A stretch of 64,000 nt of DNA from Callorhinchus milii (taxonomy: Eukaryota), in the NCBI RefSeq assembly GCF_018977255.1, contig NW_024704742.1:106704001-106768000 (forward strand), written 5' to 3'. Positions within the stretch are counted from its first letter, which is position 1; each line of letters opens with the position of its first letter. Position numbers and translations under genes: made by a program. Below, piece by piece: positions 25,074 through 38,515 of this stretch. The notes under the pieces were generated by a model that saw only the letters and a program-made list of their open reading frames with translations, had not been told where the DNA came from and made no database searches.

Positions 25074-26317
25074 CTAGAACAAATACATGGTCAACAAAAG
25101 AATAAAGTATACAAAATCATTCAAAATATGAGGCTATTTAATTGCATTAATTGAAGGATAATGCCATTTGATTATTCCTTGAAGAATAATTGTAATTTTC
25201 AATTGTACCACAATCAGAAGGAAATAGTTGTGATACTACTAAATAATAATACTTGGATTTGACATAGCGCCTTATCACATCTTTGAGACGCGCTTCACAG
25301 AATATACTGTAAAGTGAATTGACTGTATATTTTGTGGGCGAAATAATCATACATATTTTGGAAAGCTAATGTTATCCAGAAATATTTCTAAAGAGGCAAA
25401 ATTATCAACATTGTAAGGTCATCTTCATTGCTGAGATAGAAACACCTTTTGTACACCACTTAGATAACAATGGATGAAGTTGTGATTGTAATGATCACCC
25501 AACTGTTTCTTGTGCTGATCTTATCATTGATCTTTGTTTCTTGTGCTGATCTCGCCCCTCAGCACCACCACTAAGTAAACATTTTTTGCAGGATAAGCAA
25601 ATAATACAACATTCCTAATTAGTATTAAGTACCTTTATTACAGTTCATCAAATACATTGCATAACTAATAGGTAACTTTGGAAGACCCATAAGTGGGCGA
25701 TGTTTCTGTTTAAGAATGAAGATGACCTCAACAAGGTAGTTAAATTTCCATTCTACATCTTCCACAAAACCCTGGACTCTTGACTGAGCGATACCTTCAA
25801 TAGGATGCACTGTAGAGGCGAGATGAAATACCTACATTTAAAAAAGATATTTGAAATTTAAGGTGACAAGAACGTAACAGTTCAAAGTAAGTAAGTTGTG
25901 AAGAAGTAATTTCAGAACCCAAAGGTATGGAACCGCAGAATCTTTTAAGAGAAATTTACAGCACAAAAGGCCATTCGGCTGATCGTGTCAAAGAAGAATG
26001 ATTAGAATTTATTCAAGGTTCTCTTTATAGATTAGGAGATGTAATAAAATTGCCTGGAGAACTTTCCACCAGAGAATAAAGAAGATTTGTGTGGTTACAA
26101 TGTGTAAATCGGACTTCAAACTTAGATTTAGATCATATGGGTAAAAGTACATTTAAATTTGCTGTATTTAGTTAACTTCACTGACTCCAATTCCAAAAGC
26201 AAAACTTCTTTGTTTGGGATCATATACATCTTTGGTGGAAATCTTGATGAAAGATAGAGGCTCCACTAATCAAGGCTGAAGAATCATAAATATCAAAGCT
26301 AGGACTTCATGTATGTT

Positions 26318-27470
26318 TTCTCAGCAGGTGGCTGACACGTGGAAAATTATCACCATGTTTAAGAGAATCTAAACCAGCCAGAGTTCCATATTTGCATGCT
26401 ACCTATGAATGGAAATGTCCACATGTGGAATGGAGTGCCCTCTCTCTTACTGGAGGGCACATCCTGTTTACCTAATTCTGGAAATGTGTCCACATTGGCA
26501 AGAAGACTTAATTAAAGGCTCCAAAGGGTACTTTGGGGTACTGCTGGAGTTTGACCAGTTAAAACCACATAGCTTGCCAGTGAAAGAACAATCTGGCATA
26601 CAAGTTTCCAGGTGCCATTCCAGCTAGGATCACTGAACCTCTTAGGACTTTGGCTTGCAAGAATAAAAGGAGCCAGGTGCGACAAATTTCTGCTCCAATG
26701 TCGGTCTGCCTATCTAAATCCTGCCAATGAGTTAGGAAGACTGGTCTGGCATCTGTGTTTTTTGGTCAGCCGGGTAGCTGACACATGTGGAAACCCATTA
26801 CCATGCTTAAGAATATCCAAACCAAACTGAGAATTCTATGCACTCCCACCTCACATGGAAATTTCAGAGATAGATTGTTAGAATGGAATGCGCACTCTCT
26901 CTCTCTCTGGAGGGAAGCATCCTGCTTACCTAATTCCATAAAGTATAGGCGCAGGTTGGCAAGAGTCAGGGCTTGGGGACCACAGAGGTACTGCTGGAGT
27001 CTAACCAGTTAAAACCGTATAACTTGCCATTGACAGCAATGCCTGGCAAGCTTTCCCACTGCTCGTCCAGCTAGGACCACTGTGAGGACTTTAGCTTGCA
27101 GGGCTAACAGGAGCTGAGTGGGAAGTTTCCCTGCCTGCCCTTCCAGGTCCTGCTGATGAGCGAGGCTGGCTTTGCTGTCATCACCAGTGCCCTGCAGTGC
27201 TGAGGACCCACCTGGCTCATGAACCGTACTACCAAGACCACCACAGAGAGCTGGCTCAATTCTGACATTCCGTTGCGAAACAAATCAACTTGGAGACAGT
27301 TCAGCTCCAAGTAGACCCCGTTTACCCAACCGGATGCCACTTTCTCTGGCATCTGCATTACCTTAGATTACTGAAAACCTACCTGGCTCAGGAATCGAAC
27401 TACCAATATCATCACATAGTTAAAAATAGATTCTGACATTATGTTACCAGGCACGTCACCTTGGAGTCAG
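26318..27470 (-). mobile_element. Two adjacent copies of the unassigned LINE 3' region
   Basis: Copies at about 26318-26740 and 26757-27470, each similar to parts of 885-1450. Confidence 0.75.
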
Positions 27471-28828
27471 CTCACTAAAGAGATTGTGGAACTCATTACC
27501 TGAAGCAGTGGTTGAATCAGACAGTGTAGATGCATTCAAGAGGAAGCTAGACCCTTCACATGACGAAGAGGTGAATAGAAGAGTACGGGAAGGAATAAAG
27601 AAGGGTTGAAGAATCGTGTAGAGTATAATCACCAGCATGGATTGGTTGGGTTGAATAGCCTGCTTCTGTGCTGTACATTCTTTGTAACCCACCACACCAG
27701 GGGGAATTAGTCATAAGCTGGTCATTTAACATTCTACAAGCAATCTTCACCTTGTGAGCTCTCATTAGGCTTTGTATGAGCAGCACAATTCAGCATGAAA
27801 CATACAAGAGCATTAGTACCATCCTCCTGCCCACAGCTCGGACACACATCCCTACACAGTGAGTGATAATTCTACCAGTTGGAAGTCCGGAGCTTCAGTA
27901 GCAGCTATTCACCTATCTACAATACAAATTTACATAGCATCGTTCATATCAAGTTTTCCCAAGATGCTAAATAATACTGGGTTGGCACCCGAGCTAGGGG
28001 TGGGAGTCGAGGGGCTGGGGAGGGGCAAGATGACAGAAAACATGAGGAAAGTCTTGTGAAAGACCTTGAACGAGGTGGGGTATGATGTGAGTCAGAGGGA
28101 TGAAGTTCCAGAGTGGGGGCAAAATAAGCTGAAAGCTCGCCAGATGGTGAGGCAGTTAGGGGTCAGTGTATGCACAAATTCAGACTCTATATAATCCTTT
28201 CTGTCATCCAAAGCTTTATAAGTTCCTCATTAGCCATTCAATGGACATTTGCCTTCAGCGTATGGGTTAAATTGGAATTTCTCAGGAAGGGATGATAAAT
28301 GTGGCTTCCATCTGAGATAGAAGGTTCAAAAGATATGTCTAAAATTGGCACAAAAAAGACTCCAAAATCATTTTCAATAATCAAAATAATCATTTTCTTT
28401 GCTAGCTTAGGGCAATGAGAATCACCATTCTCAGTCTTCATTTCTGAAGAACTCGGAAGATGAAGGGAAACTGAGAAAAACATCATTGATACTGCTATCC
28501 CCATTACAAACATCAAAAAAAATCAAGAAAGTTCTTAATATCAATATGTTACAAACTGATGCATCCTCGATGAGCCTGAATGCTGGAACAATGATCTGAT
28601 GTAAATGTAATTTATGCAGGTCACAAGTACTTGATTCAGTATTCTGAACTTGTCTAAATGCTGGACCCAAATTGTCTGATTGCAAATAAACCAGCCTTTG
28701 TCAAGCAATGATATAATACTCTTTGTGAAGTTCTTTAGCAATGTCTGCCTGCAAAATCTCGGTTTCTATTGAATGAAGACTGCGAAATGTTTGATTTGGT
28801 CATGAACAGACATAAGAGGCCATCCTCG

Positions 28829-29143
28829 TGGAGTCCTGTAGCTCAGTGGTCAAAGCACTCACTTTGCAAGCGAGAGACCTGAGTTCAATTCCAGGCAGGG
28901 CGAAACCTTGGGCAAGTTTCCTTACTCCACACGCCTAATAATAATCCCTCCAAAACCAAAAACAATAATAAATTGGTCATTTTCAATCTACGACTGTTTG
29001 TGGGACATTGCTGTGCGCAATTGGCTGCTGCGTTCGCCCACAAATATACAATCAATTCACTTTACAGTGTGTTCTGTGAAGCGCTTTGGGACGTCCTCCC
29101 GACGTGAAAAGCGCTATATCAAATGCAAGGATTATTATTATTA
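28829..29143 (+). mobile_element. tRNA-derived SINE, short variant, with an L2-type tail loop
   Basis: Tail reads GGGACGTCCTCCCGACGTGAAA. Confidence 0.9.
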
Positions 29144-30055
29144 TCCTTCTTGCTTGAGTCCTCAGAGAACGGCTCTTTTGGATCTGCTGAGTTATCATCT
29201 GAATCAGGTGGTCTCAAAGCCTTACATTGCAATAGATGTACCTGTACTCCGGCTGCTCAAAGATAGCACTAACAGAAAAGGGTTAATCAGAGAGGTAAAC
29301 TAAAGTGTTTACCCTGCCAATGATTTAATAGAAGAATTTATGGCAAAGAAATATCAGCTCCAATCCCCAATACTTCCTGGTGAAGAAGTACAATAAGTGA
29401 CACAACATGGATGGCATCAGCTAAGGACTAAGAATTTTGTTGACTCCAGGGGGAAAAGTCCAAGTCCTAGTGAAACAAAGTGTTTCTAATTCTTTGAAGA
29501 CATAAAATTCCTAAACCAATTTTTAATATTGAAATATACCTAGAAATACAGTTCAGATCATAACCAGATCTATACACACAAAATTAGTCCCAAAATAATT
29601 TAATTCAGTTGCTATAGACCACAACATCTACATAACTATTAACAGAACTGTATGGCTCAAATAAATAAAACTCAGGTGGAGTCTGAACAGATGCTTGGAA
29701 CCCATTTTTTTCTTTATCATAACTTGGATCATCTTTTTCTAGCCCAGATCAGAAAGTCTGAAAGACATGATGTGTACAGAGGATGTGGTATGAATACAAT
29801 ATAATTATTAGTTGAACAAAGTCTAACTTTGGAAGAAATGGAAAGGCAGCAACTCCAATTGGTCTGCCAGCAAAGCTACCTTTCTTATCCAAGTGTAACA
29901 AAGGTGATAGAAGATGAATCGCTTAAAGAAATAGCAAGGACACAAGGAACCAGGAGGGAAGAAAATTGGCCAAGGTTCCCTCCCCCCCACCATACAAAAT
30001 AATATCCTGCAAAAGGACAAATCTAAATCAGATATTTGAAAATGTAGTTTCTTAC

Positions 30056-30279
30056 CTGAGGTATGACAATGTCAGCCAATGACTTTGATAGTCTATAAAG
30101 TTCCATTGTATTGTTCAGGTCTAAAGAACTGTTGTGCTGAACATCATATTTTATACAATCATAAACATCAGGAATTTTACTGATATCATAACGTCCATTC
30201 TTCGTTTTGAAGTCCTTTTCTAGTTTTGCCCATCTTCGCAACATCAGTTCGAGTGATTCACTGTGGTAAAGCTGAATAT
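30056..30279 (-). CDS. PPIP5K2: PPIP5K2 coding exon 18 ([17 protein letters not shown]...[13 protein letters not shown]...VIPQ)
   Basis: Overlaps ORF 30023..30289; 224 nt; donor GTAAG. Confidence 0.97.
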
Positions 30280-31162
30280 CTGTATACAATAAGGCAAGAA
30301 TGTTTCCTTTATAAGTACAATAATAATGCTTTCAGTCACCTTTCCTTTCCCCACCTTTTTTTTTGTTAGAGAGTTGCATATCATAGAATTATACAGCACA
30401 GGAGGACATTCGGCCCATCCTCTTCGATCGTGCTTAAGTCCACCTCCCCTGGTTCGGAGTCAGGCTCCTCCACTGTTAAGCGGTCTGAGACACTACCCTG
30501 CGTGGAGGGCGCTATACAAGTGCAGTTTTTGTTGTTATTGTGTCAGTGCCGGCTCTTTGTCATTATAGTACATTATATTACTGTCTATAACTTGAATATG
30601 TCTCAAATAACTCCATAGATAATTACCATCAAGTGCAGCAAACACAACAGCCAATTTGGACATTGTGTGTCATGATATCTAATTTAACTGGAATAGTGTT
30701 GATCAGTACTGTTAGTACTGCACTGGAATGTCAGCATAACAGTGAGCTCCAAACTAAATATGGGGCTTAAACCCATAACCTTCTAATCCAGAAGCGAGAG
30801 AGAGTGCTATCAGTTGAGTTAAACTGAAAGATATAGGTCTAAATCAAGTGTATTGATAAGAGCTATGCAACATTAACAACCATTTAACCTGGCAGTGGGG
30901 TGCAAAGAGAGGACTCCAAGTCAGCATTGAATTTAAGAGTCAATTTGAAACCTAGATTGTGAGTTCAAAGATTCATTTTGGAACTTCAAACTCATAGTCT
31001 AGGCTGCCCTGAAGTAAACTAAGGGAGCATGTTTTAGCACATTATTGCTCTCTATAATGCAAGGATTATTTTATTGATTAACTTTTTTTAATGTCATAAT
31101 AGGGCGAGAATCATTCTCGTGACATTTGTGGATGAATGAATGCTGTACATTCAACAAGTTAC

Positions 31163-31304
31163 CAGCTGATTTGGGGTCTTCCATCCTCTGTTTGATCTGG
31201 GAAGTCAAGCTCTGGACCAGGAAGTAAACCATATCACAGGTCTTTACAGGATTTTTGATGAACTGCATTGACTTAATTAGAGAGCTGCTGTTAGTTGGTG
31301 CAAG
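31163..31304 (-). CDS. PPIP5K2: PPIP5K2 coding exon 17 ([14 protein letters not shown]...MEDPKSA)
   Basis: Overlaps ORF 31071..31346; 142 nt. Confidence 0.95.
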
Positions 31305-31579
31305 CTGCAAAAGACAGAAACAGTTGAAGGAAACGAAAACTGTCATAGGTTATTACTAAGCCATAATACAAAGATTATTTTTAAAGAATACTCATAAAGG
31401 GCAAGCATATATGAATACTACCATGCCACAGAAATATGTACAAACAAATTACAAAAAACATGCTTACTTCTGTCAGGTAGTACACTTCAAACTGAAGAAT
31501 AGCTGTCAGGAGTGCATTCTAAATAGTCTTGGAGGATATCGATCAATAGTTCAATAGATTAATACATGGGTTGAAGGGG

Positions 31580-31985
31580 CTTAACTATGATCAGCGGATT
31601 GGAAGACTGGGGTTATATTTCTCAGCGCAAAACAGGTTAAGGGGTGATATCAATGAGGTATTTCACTTAATTGATAGGGTAAGTGGTGGATAACTTCGCT
31701 CTTTGGAAGAGGAATCCTTTATGAAGGGGCATACCCTTAAAATCAAAATGGTTAGAAGCGAGGTCAGAAAGCATTTCTTCACTTCTTCAGAGTTAAGAAG
31801 ATGTGGAATGCTCAGCCCCAGAATATTGTAGAGGCAGAATTAATAGGTATATTTATGAGGGATCGAGAGATACTTGAATAGCAGAGATATTAAGGGATAT
31901 GGCAAAAGGGTGCAGCATTAGGATTAAATGATCTGCCAACTGATGGAACAGACTCGATGGGCTGAACAGCCTTCTCCTATTTCTT
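31580..31985 (+). mobile_element. Old CR1 3' fragment
   Basis: Degenerate ORF2 end and a GATGGGCTGAA.AGCCT 3' UTR. Confidence 0.65.
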
Positions 31986-33170
31986 TTTTCGATACCGTGA
32001 ACCACTCCATCCTCCTCCACCGCCTCTCAACCTTGAAGGTTGTGTCCTTGAATGGTTCAGGTCTTATCTCTCACACCGTCTCCAATTTGTCTCTGACAAC
32101 GGTTTCTCTTCCAACCCCCACACAGTCTTATGTGGTGGTCCTCAGGGCTGTCCTCGGTCCCCTCCTCTTCACCCTCCACATACTCCCCTCCCCGTTGGTG
32201 ACATTATCCACAGACATGGGGATCAACTTCCACATGTACTCAGATGACACCCAACTCTATCTCTGCTTCCACCCTCGATTCCAGGACAACTGATGTCCTG
32301 ACAGACATCAAGTCCTGGATGAGAGACAACGTTCCACAGCTGAATGTCAGCAAGACTGAAGCCCTCCCGATTGGCTTGAGCCAGCGCTTCTGCACCTCAG
32401 GCAGCATCAACATCCACGGATGCACACTCCACCACAACAAGCCAGTCAGGAACCTGGGAGTCTTTTTCGACCCTCAACTGTCTTTTTTCCCCCCATGTCC
32501 ATGCACGACCCCCTCTACCTTCCCCCACCTCCGCAACATTGCCCAACTCCACCACTGCCTCACCCCTCAGGCAACCGAAATCCTCATGCAGATATTCGTC
32601 ACCTCGAGGCTCAACTACAGAAACTCCCTCCTTATGGGCATCCCCAACTCTTCCCTCCACAAGCTGTAGATCCTCCAGAACCCTGCAGCTCATGTCCTCT
32701 CCTGCACCAGGCTCCGTGACCTCATCGCACCCACCCTTGCCCGGCTCCACTGGCTCCCCATCCCTCAGAGGATAGAATTCAAAACCCTTGTCCTCACTTT
32801 CAAGGCCCTCCACAGCCTTGCCCCTCTTACATCTCTGACCTGCTGACCTTCTATCAACTTGTCCGCTCCCTACACTCAGCAGTCTCCAGCCTGCTACATG
32901 TCTCCTGCCCAACCATCGGCGGCCAGGCTTTCAGCCTCTCTGCCCCCAACCTCTGGAACTCACACAATCCCTTTGCCTGATTCCCTCCTTTACCTCCTTC
33001 AAGGCATGACTCAAGACGCTCCTTTTCGAGTATGCCTTCAGTCACTCTCCTACCTCTCTGCCCTACCTCATATCAACCCTGCCCCACAACCACGCTCGGG
33101 GTGCTGACTGTTCAGCACCTTGGGACGTCCTCCCGACGTGGAAGGTGCTTTACAAATGTAATCTTGTTGT
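31985..33170 (+). mobile_element. L2 LINE fragment
   Basis: DTVNHSILL, HMYSDDTQLY and NLGVFFD motifs; L2 tail. Confidence 0.9.
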
Positions 33171-33932
33171 TCCTATGTTGCTAACCTGCATTTGTCCAGT
33201 TTTGGTGGATTGTGCACCTTTTATTCCATAGATCTAGTACTGTCACTCACTAGTCAAAAGGACAGCCCCAAATATAGGCCACAACACCAAGAAAGTCTCA
33301 AAGCACATCATAACATTTCTGTAGGGGCTCTGTATTTGCAGACAGACATGGCAGCCAATTTTCACACAGCACTGTCCCACAAACAGCTGTGAAGGGAATG
33401 ACCAATTTTATCTGGAGGATTGTTGGTCATGACACTAAAAAATACCTCTCTTGTCTTTTAGTAAGTGCTATGGAGGCTTTAATATCCACCTGAACAGGCA
33501 GCCTGAAGTTTAACATTCAACAGTTTAACGTTCTATCAAAAGATGGCAGCTTGGGGTGTCGGCCTAAACTACGAGCTCAAAGTCCCAATGTGGGGATTGA
33601 ACCCACGACCTTCCAACCCAGAGGCAGACATGTTATCAACTAAGTTACAAACCTCTCTGCAATCTGAACACTGACCAAATATTAACATGAGGGGAGAATG
33701 AAAAGAAATGAATACAGGTAACTCCATCCTCTGAACCTGACAAAATGTGAATCACCATTGCCAAATTTAGACAGAACATTGGGTGAAAAATATAATTAGA
33801 TTCAACTGATAGAAATGCAGTAGAGAATGAAGCAACAATAATAAACATTTTTAAAAAAATCATTGCTATTGTTAGATGACTATAAAAACAAACTAAGTGC
33901 ACAATATTAGTTTGAAATTAATAGTTACTCAC

Positions 33933-34115
33933 CTTTTCATATTCTTCAACACTGAAGCCTCGATCTTTCTGTAGGATGTCATGAAGTCTTGCTTTCACTC
34001 GCTGCTGGCAACTGCTCAGGGAATCACTGTCACTGTCTAGCAAGCCATTCATGTTGGCACTTTTAACCATCTGAACAAGGATTGGGGTCAGCTCCCCCTC
34101 CAAAGCTAGCAATCC
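33933..34115 (-). CDS. PPIP5K2: PPIP5K2 coding exon 16 ([18 protein letters not shown]...EEYEK)
   Basis: Overlaps ORF 33918..34112; 183 nt; donor GTGAGT. Confidence 0.97.
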
Positions 34116-34742
34116 CTAGTCATAAATAGTCCAAAGCAATTTTAGACACTATTCTGGTTGCCAATATATTACTAATATAAAAACATACACCTGAACATTA
34201 TCAGTCCTTGTTTTATTACAGGAAACATAACCTGTAGGAACACACCTAGTTCTGCAAAAAAGTTTTGAACAGCCAATGAGAATTTCTGTTCTTAGTAGTG
34301 ATAAAATCTGATTTACAAAATTGTGGCAAGATTTCAAATGCATCATAATGTGAAAGTACTATGATAAAAAATTGTTGGGTGCAAGATGATGAATGCATAT
34401 GCAATCAGATAGCTTTATTTTAAATGTTGTTCTGATCAGAATAATTATTCAATTATTCCATATAAAATAATTATAATCCTTGCATTTGATACAGCACCTA
34501 AAATATCAAATTGTCTCAAAGGTGCTTCACCAGTAGATGTTAAACATCATGACTATTTTTAGGCAATGCCTAAAAATTATTTTATATATAGTAAAATTCC
34601 ACAAACTGCCATGGGGTGAATGCCAAATTTATCTGGGGGATGGCTGACCAGATACTGAGAAAAATTCCCTACTCCTTTTGAATAGTGCTATGGTATATTT
34701 TTAGTCTACTTGAAAAAACTTTGGTTTAACATTTAATCCAAA

Positions 34743-35790
34743 ACAACAACAACAAGATTCCATTTATAAAGCGCCTTTCACGTCAGGAGGACGTCCCAAG
34801 GCGCTGCACAGTTGGGTCATGACCTGAGCAGGGGGGAAATGGTCAGGGTGAGGGGAGGGAAGGGAGGGAGCGAGGAGGGGGGAAATGGTCAGGGTGAGGG
34901 GAGGGAAGGGAGGGAGCGAGGAGGGGGAAGAGAGTCGAGAGGGGAGCTGAAGGCTCGGTCAAAGAGGAAGGTTTTGAGACCGGCCTTGAAGGAGGAGAGA
35001 GAGGAAGCAAGGCGAAGGCACTGGGGGATAGAGTTCCAGAGCCTCGGGGCTGAGAAGCTGAAGGTCCGACCGCCGATGGTAGGGCGGTTGGGGCGGGGGA
35101 TGTGGAGCAGACCGGAGCCAGAGGAACGGAGGGTACGGGCAGGTAGGTAGGGGGATAGTAGGTTGGAGAGGTAGGAGGGAGCAAGGCCGTGAATGGCCTT
35201 GTAGGTGAGGATGAGGATCTTGAAATCAATCCTCTGGGGGATGGGGAGCCAGTGGAGGCGAGCGAGGGTGGGAGTGATGTGGTCCCGAAGCCTGGTGCGG
35301 GACAGTACATGAGCTGCAGAGTTCTGAATGACCTGCAGTGTGGAGGGAGGTGGCGGGAAGGCCGGCGAGGAGAGAGTTCCCATAGTCCAGCCTTGAGGTG
35401 ACAAAGGCGTGGACCAGGGTTTCAGCAGCGTGAGGGTTGAGGTAATGCCGTAGTCTGGCGATGTTCCGGAGGTGATGGAAGGCGGTGCCAGTTGTGTTGT
35501 GGATGTGAGGGAGAAAGGACAGCTCAGGGTCGAACAAAACGCCGAGGTTCCTGACTGGCTTTGAGAGGTGGAGAGTGCAGCCTTGGATGCTGATGGTGTC
35601 GGTGCCTGAGGTGCGGAGGCGCTGACGTGAGCCAATCAGGAGGGCCTCGGTTTTACGCACGTTGAGCTGAAGAAAGTTGTCTCTCGTCCAGGACTCGATG
35701 TCGGACAGGCAGGCTGTCAGGACATCGGTGGTCGTGGAGTTGAGGGTAGAGGAGGAAAGGTCGAGTTGGGTATCATCCGCATACATGTGG
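34743..35790 (-). mobile_element. Young 5'-truncated L2 LINE
   Basis: HMYADDTQL, SRLDYGNSLL and LHWLPI motifs; (TTG)n tail; about 46-bp tandem duplication in the 3' UTR. Confidence 0.95.
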
Positions 35791-36391
35791 ATAGTATAGC
35801 ACCTCCAACAATTCAACATTCCCAGAATAAAGCCAGCCTAGATTACGAGTTAAAACCATGAATACCAAACCTCCTGACCCAAAAGTGAATGTGCTACCAA
35901 CTAAGCCAAACTGACCTCTTAGTTTGTCACAGACATACACCCAAAATTGACTGAAATAAACGTAAGGATACAGAAGGATGCTTGAGATGTAACCAAAGAG
36001 TACCATGTGGGAGTATGGTGCATATCGGAGCACCTTCTGAAAGCTGCAACTGTGACTTATCAGGGTGGATGCGGGATGCAGGGTGGATGTGGTGTACCCA
36101 GGGGCGACTACCGATTGTTTTAGAGGGAGTATCCCAAAAAACATGTGCACAACCTATGTGTGGTGAAAGAATGCAGTATAAACAACAGATCTGGTATCGG
36201 GAGAAAGGAAAAAAATTGTGACAGAAGATGCTGTACATTGCTTTTGGTTGGGATTTCTGTTGTACCAAATATTATATTTATAAATAAATTTATTTAAAAA
36301 AAAATGGGGCTGCAATTTGTTAAGAGGCACTTGTTTGCAGAACCAGACATGGCTGGAGTATTTTAAAAAGTATAAATATTATATTGGTAAC

Positions 36392-36513
36392 CTTTGCAAA
36401 GGCTGCTGCAGTCATTTGAACTCTACCCTCATCTGAAGCATAGATCTTTAGATCATGGCGATAAGTACTGTGCAATCGGAGTAAGCCACATCCTGGAAAG
36501 CCTGCATAATCTC
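36392..36513 (-). CDS. PPIP5K2: PPIP5K2 coding exon 15 ([17 protein letters not shown]...AAAFAK)
   Basis: Overlaps ORF 36320..36523; 122 nt. Confidence 0.96.
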
Positions 36514-38389
36514 CTGAAAACAATACACAAAAATGAATACAAATTCAAAGCTGGAAAATCCAGTGATACTGGATATTGAACTCTCCAAATCTGAATGAAA
36601 ATATGTGTTACCAAAGAGCAAACAACCCACCAATAGCCACAACTGAAACTCTGAGATCTAATTAGCAAATACAAAGTTGTGATCTTTTAGCACATAATTC
36701 AAGACAGGCATAAATTTGTCATGATAATATCCTAACACTAACAATTCTTGTATTTGATGTAGTGTCTTATATCATTGAGACTTCTCAAAGTGCTTTGTAA
36801 GATACAATGCAAAGTGTTTTTGACTGTGTATATTGTGGGCGAAGCACAGCAGCCAGTTGCATGCAGCAATGTCCCACAAACAGCCATGAAGTGAGTGACC
36901 AATTGTACTTTGAGGATTGTTGGTCAGGACATCAGGAGAAACTCTCTTCTCTTTTCAAATAGTGCCATGGAATCCCGAATAGGGAGACAGGACCTCGGTT
37001 TACTGTCTCATCCAAAGGACGCACTTCCAACAATGCAAAACCGCCCCCCATTCCCCAGCACTGCATTGGAGTGTCAGCTCAGACAATGTGATTCCAAGTC
37101 CCAACGTGAGGCTTGAACCCACAACAATTTGACTCTGAGGTGAGAGTGACATTATTGACTACATCTTTGGATTTCCTAAAAATTAGCAATATAACTTGAT
37201 ATAATAATATTAAAGTAAATGTTAGATTTCAGTGATGAGTATTGTGATATTTGTTGTTAAATCTATCCTACTTAACAGTTGTAACAGGATCATATCACAT
37301 TTGTCATTTGTTTTTACTGGTACAAAACAGAAGTTGCAATGTTCCTATTGGTCACAACATTTTTGGATACAAAAATACTGTACTACAATTATCTCTTAAC
37401 CTACTGTGATCTCCTTATATAAATCTAAACATAAATCATTATTTTATTCTTGGTAGATGTGTAGTTCTTAAATCTAGTTTCTTTGCAAAATATTTCGCCC
37501 ACAAATATATGGTCAATTTACAGTATATTCTGTGAAGCACTTTGAGACATCTGGAAGACGTGAAAAGCGCTATATCAAATGCAAGGATTATTACTATATA
37601 AAATGTGTATTTTGATATCCAACACTGAACAGTTATGTGTTGTGCACACAACCAGATGAAAACACCTGGTTTAGTTGAAAATAAAGGAAGGACAAAAGGT
37701 CCAATATATTTTCTGATCACTTTTTACATCCTCTAATTAGCCACTAATACTAATAATGCAAAGGACCCATGAACAATTCATAATCAAGAAATGAACTATA
37801 GAATTGAAAGAAGTGTTCTTCTCATTAGCAAATTCAATTTCTTGACACTAACCAGAACCCTCTGGTGCATTAATGTAGACATGAAAGACCAGTTCACTGT
37901 TTGAGTCCCTGTCTATGTTGAGTTTTCTACTCTCAGCTAGACTGCGTGAAGAGGCTAAACTGGATCAGCCTTCTCAGATTTAAGGAGTTTAAAATGGGAG
38001 GTTACTGGTCCTAGTCCTTCTTCAACACTTTCTACCTGTAATCATGTGTTTGGTAGCTGGATTGGGAGATGGCGCTCGGCAGTGTTGCCTTCTACACTTC
38101 AGTCATCTGCCACTAACTACCAAGGTTCACACATGAACAATGGCCATTTGGGCAGTGTATCAGTGCCTGCAGAACTGCACCCCAGCATAATGAGACTGGG
38201 GACCAGAAGCAAAAACATGCCAATGTGAAGAAAATTGGAAAATTCATTAGACATAAATAATACTGAATCTCGACACATTCGCAATACTATCCAAAAAGCT
38301 TCCTATATTATTAGGTGCAAAACCCAGAAATACACATAAACAGATAATCAAGAATGGACATAAATGTGCTGTGTTATCTTTTGTTTTAC

Positions 38390-38515
38390 CTTGCCCTCCT
38401 GGATACATGCATCTAAAAGCACGGCCTAACTCTTCAGCTTGGACCCTGCCTGCTGGGGTTAATTCTCCTCCCCATTTTAATACCAGGAGCAATGATGGTT
38501 CTTCCTTCCTGCTAT
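38390..38515 (-). CDS. PPIP5K2: PPIP5K2 coding exon 14 ([20 protein letters not shown]...YPGGQ)
   Basis: KWGGELT motif; 126 nt, phase 1 to 1. Confidence 0.97.

Noticed and set aside
28238..28741. Overlapping short minus-strand ORFs
   Set aside because: No recognisable motifs and no compatible splice sites; consistent with chance ORFs.
28829..28905. tRNA-Ala(TGC)-like sequence, and similar heads elsewhere
   Set aside because: These are SINE heads. They lack a proper acceptor stem and continue into the SINE body.
34889..35819. Long ORFs of 197-248 aa as independent genes
   Set aside because: Frameshifted pieces of L2 ORF2 in a 5'-truncated copy.
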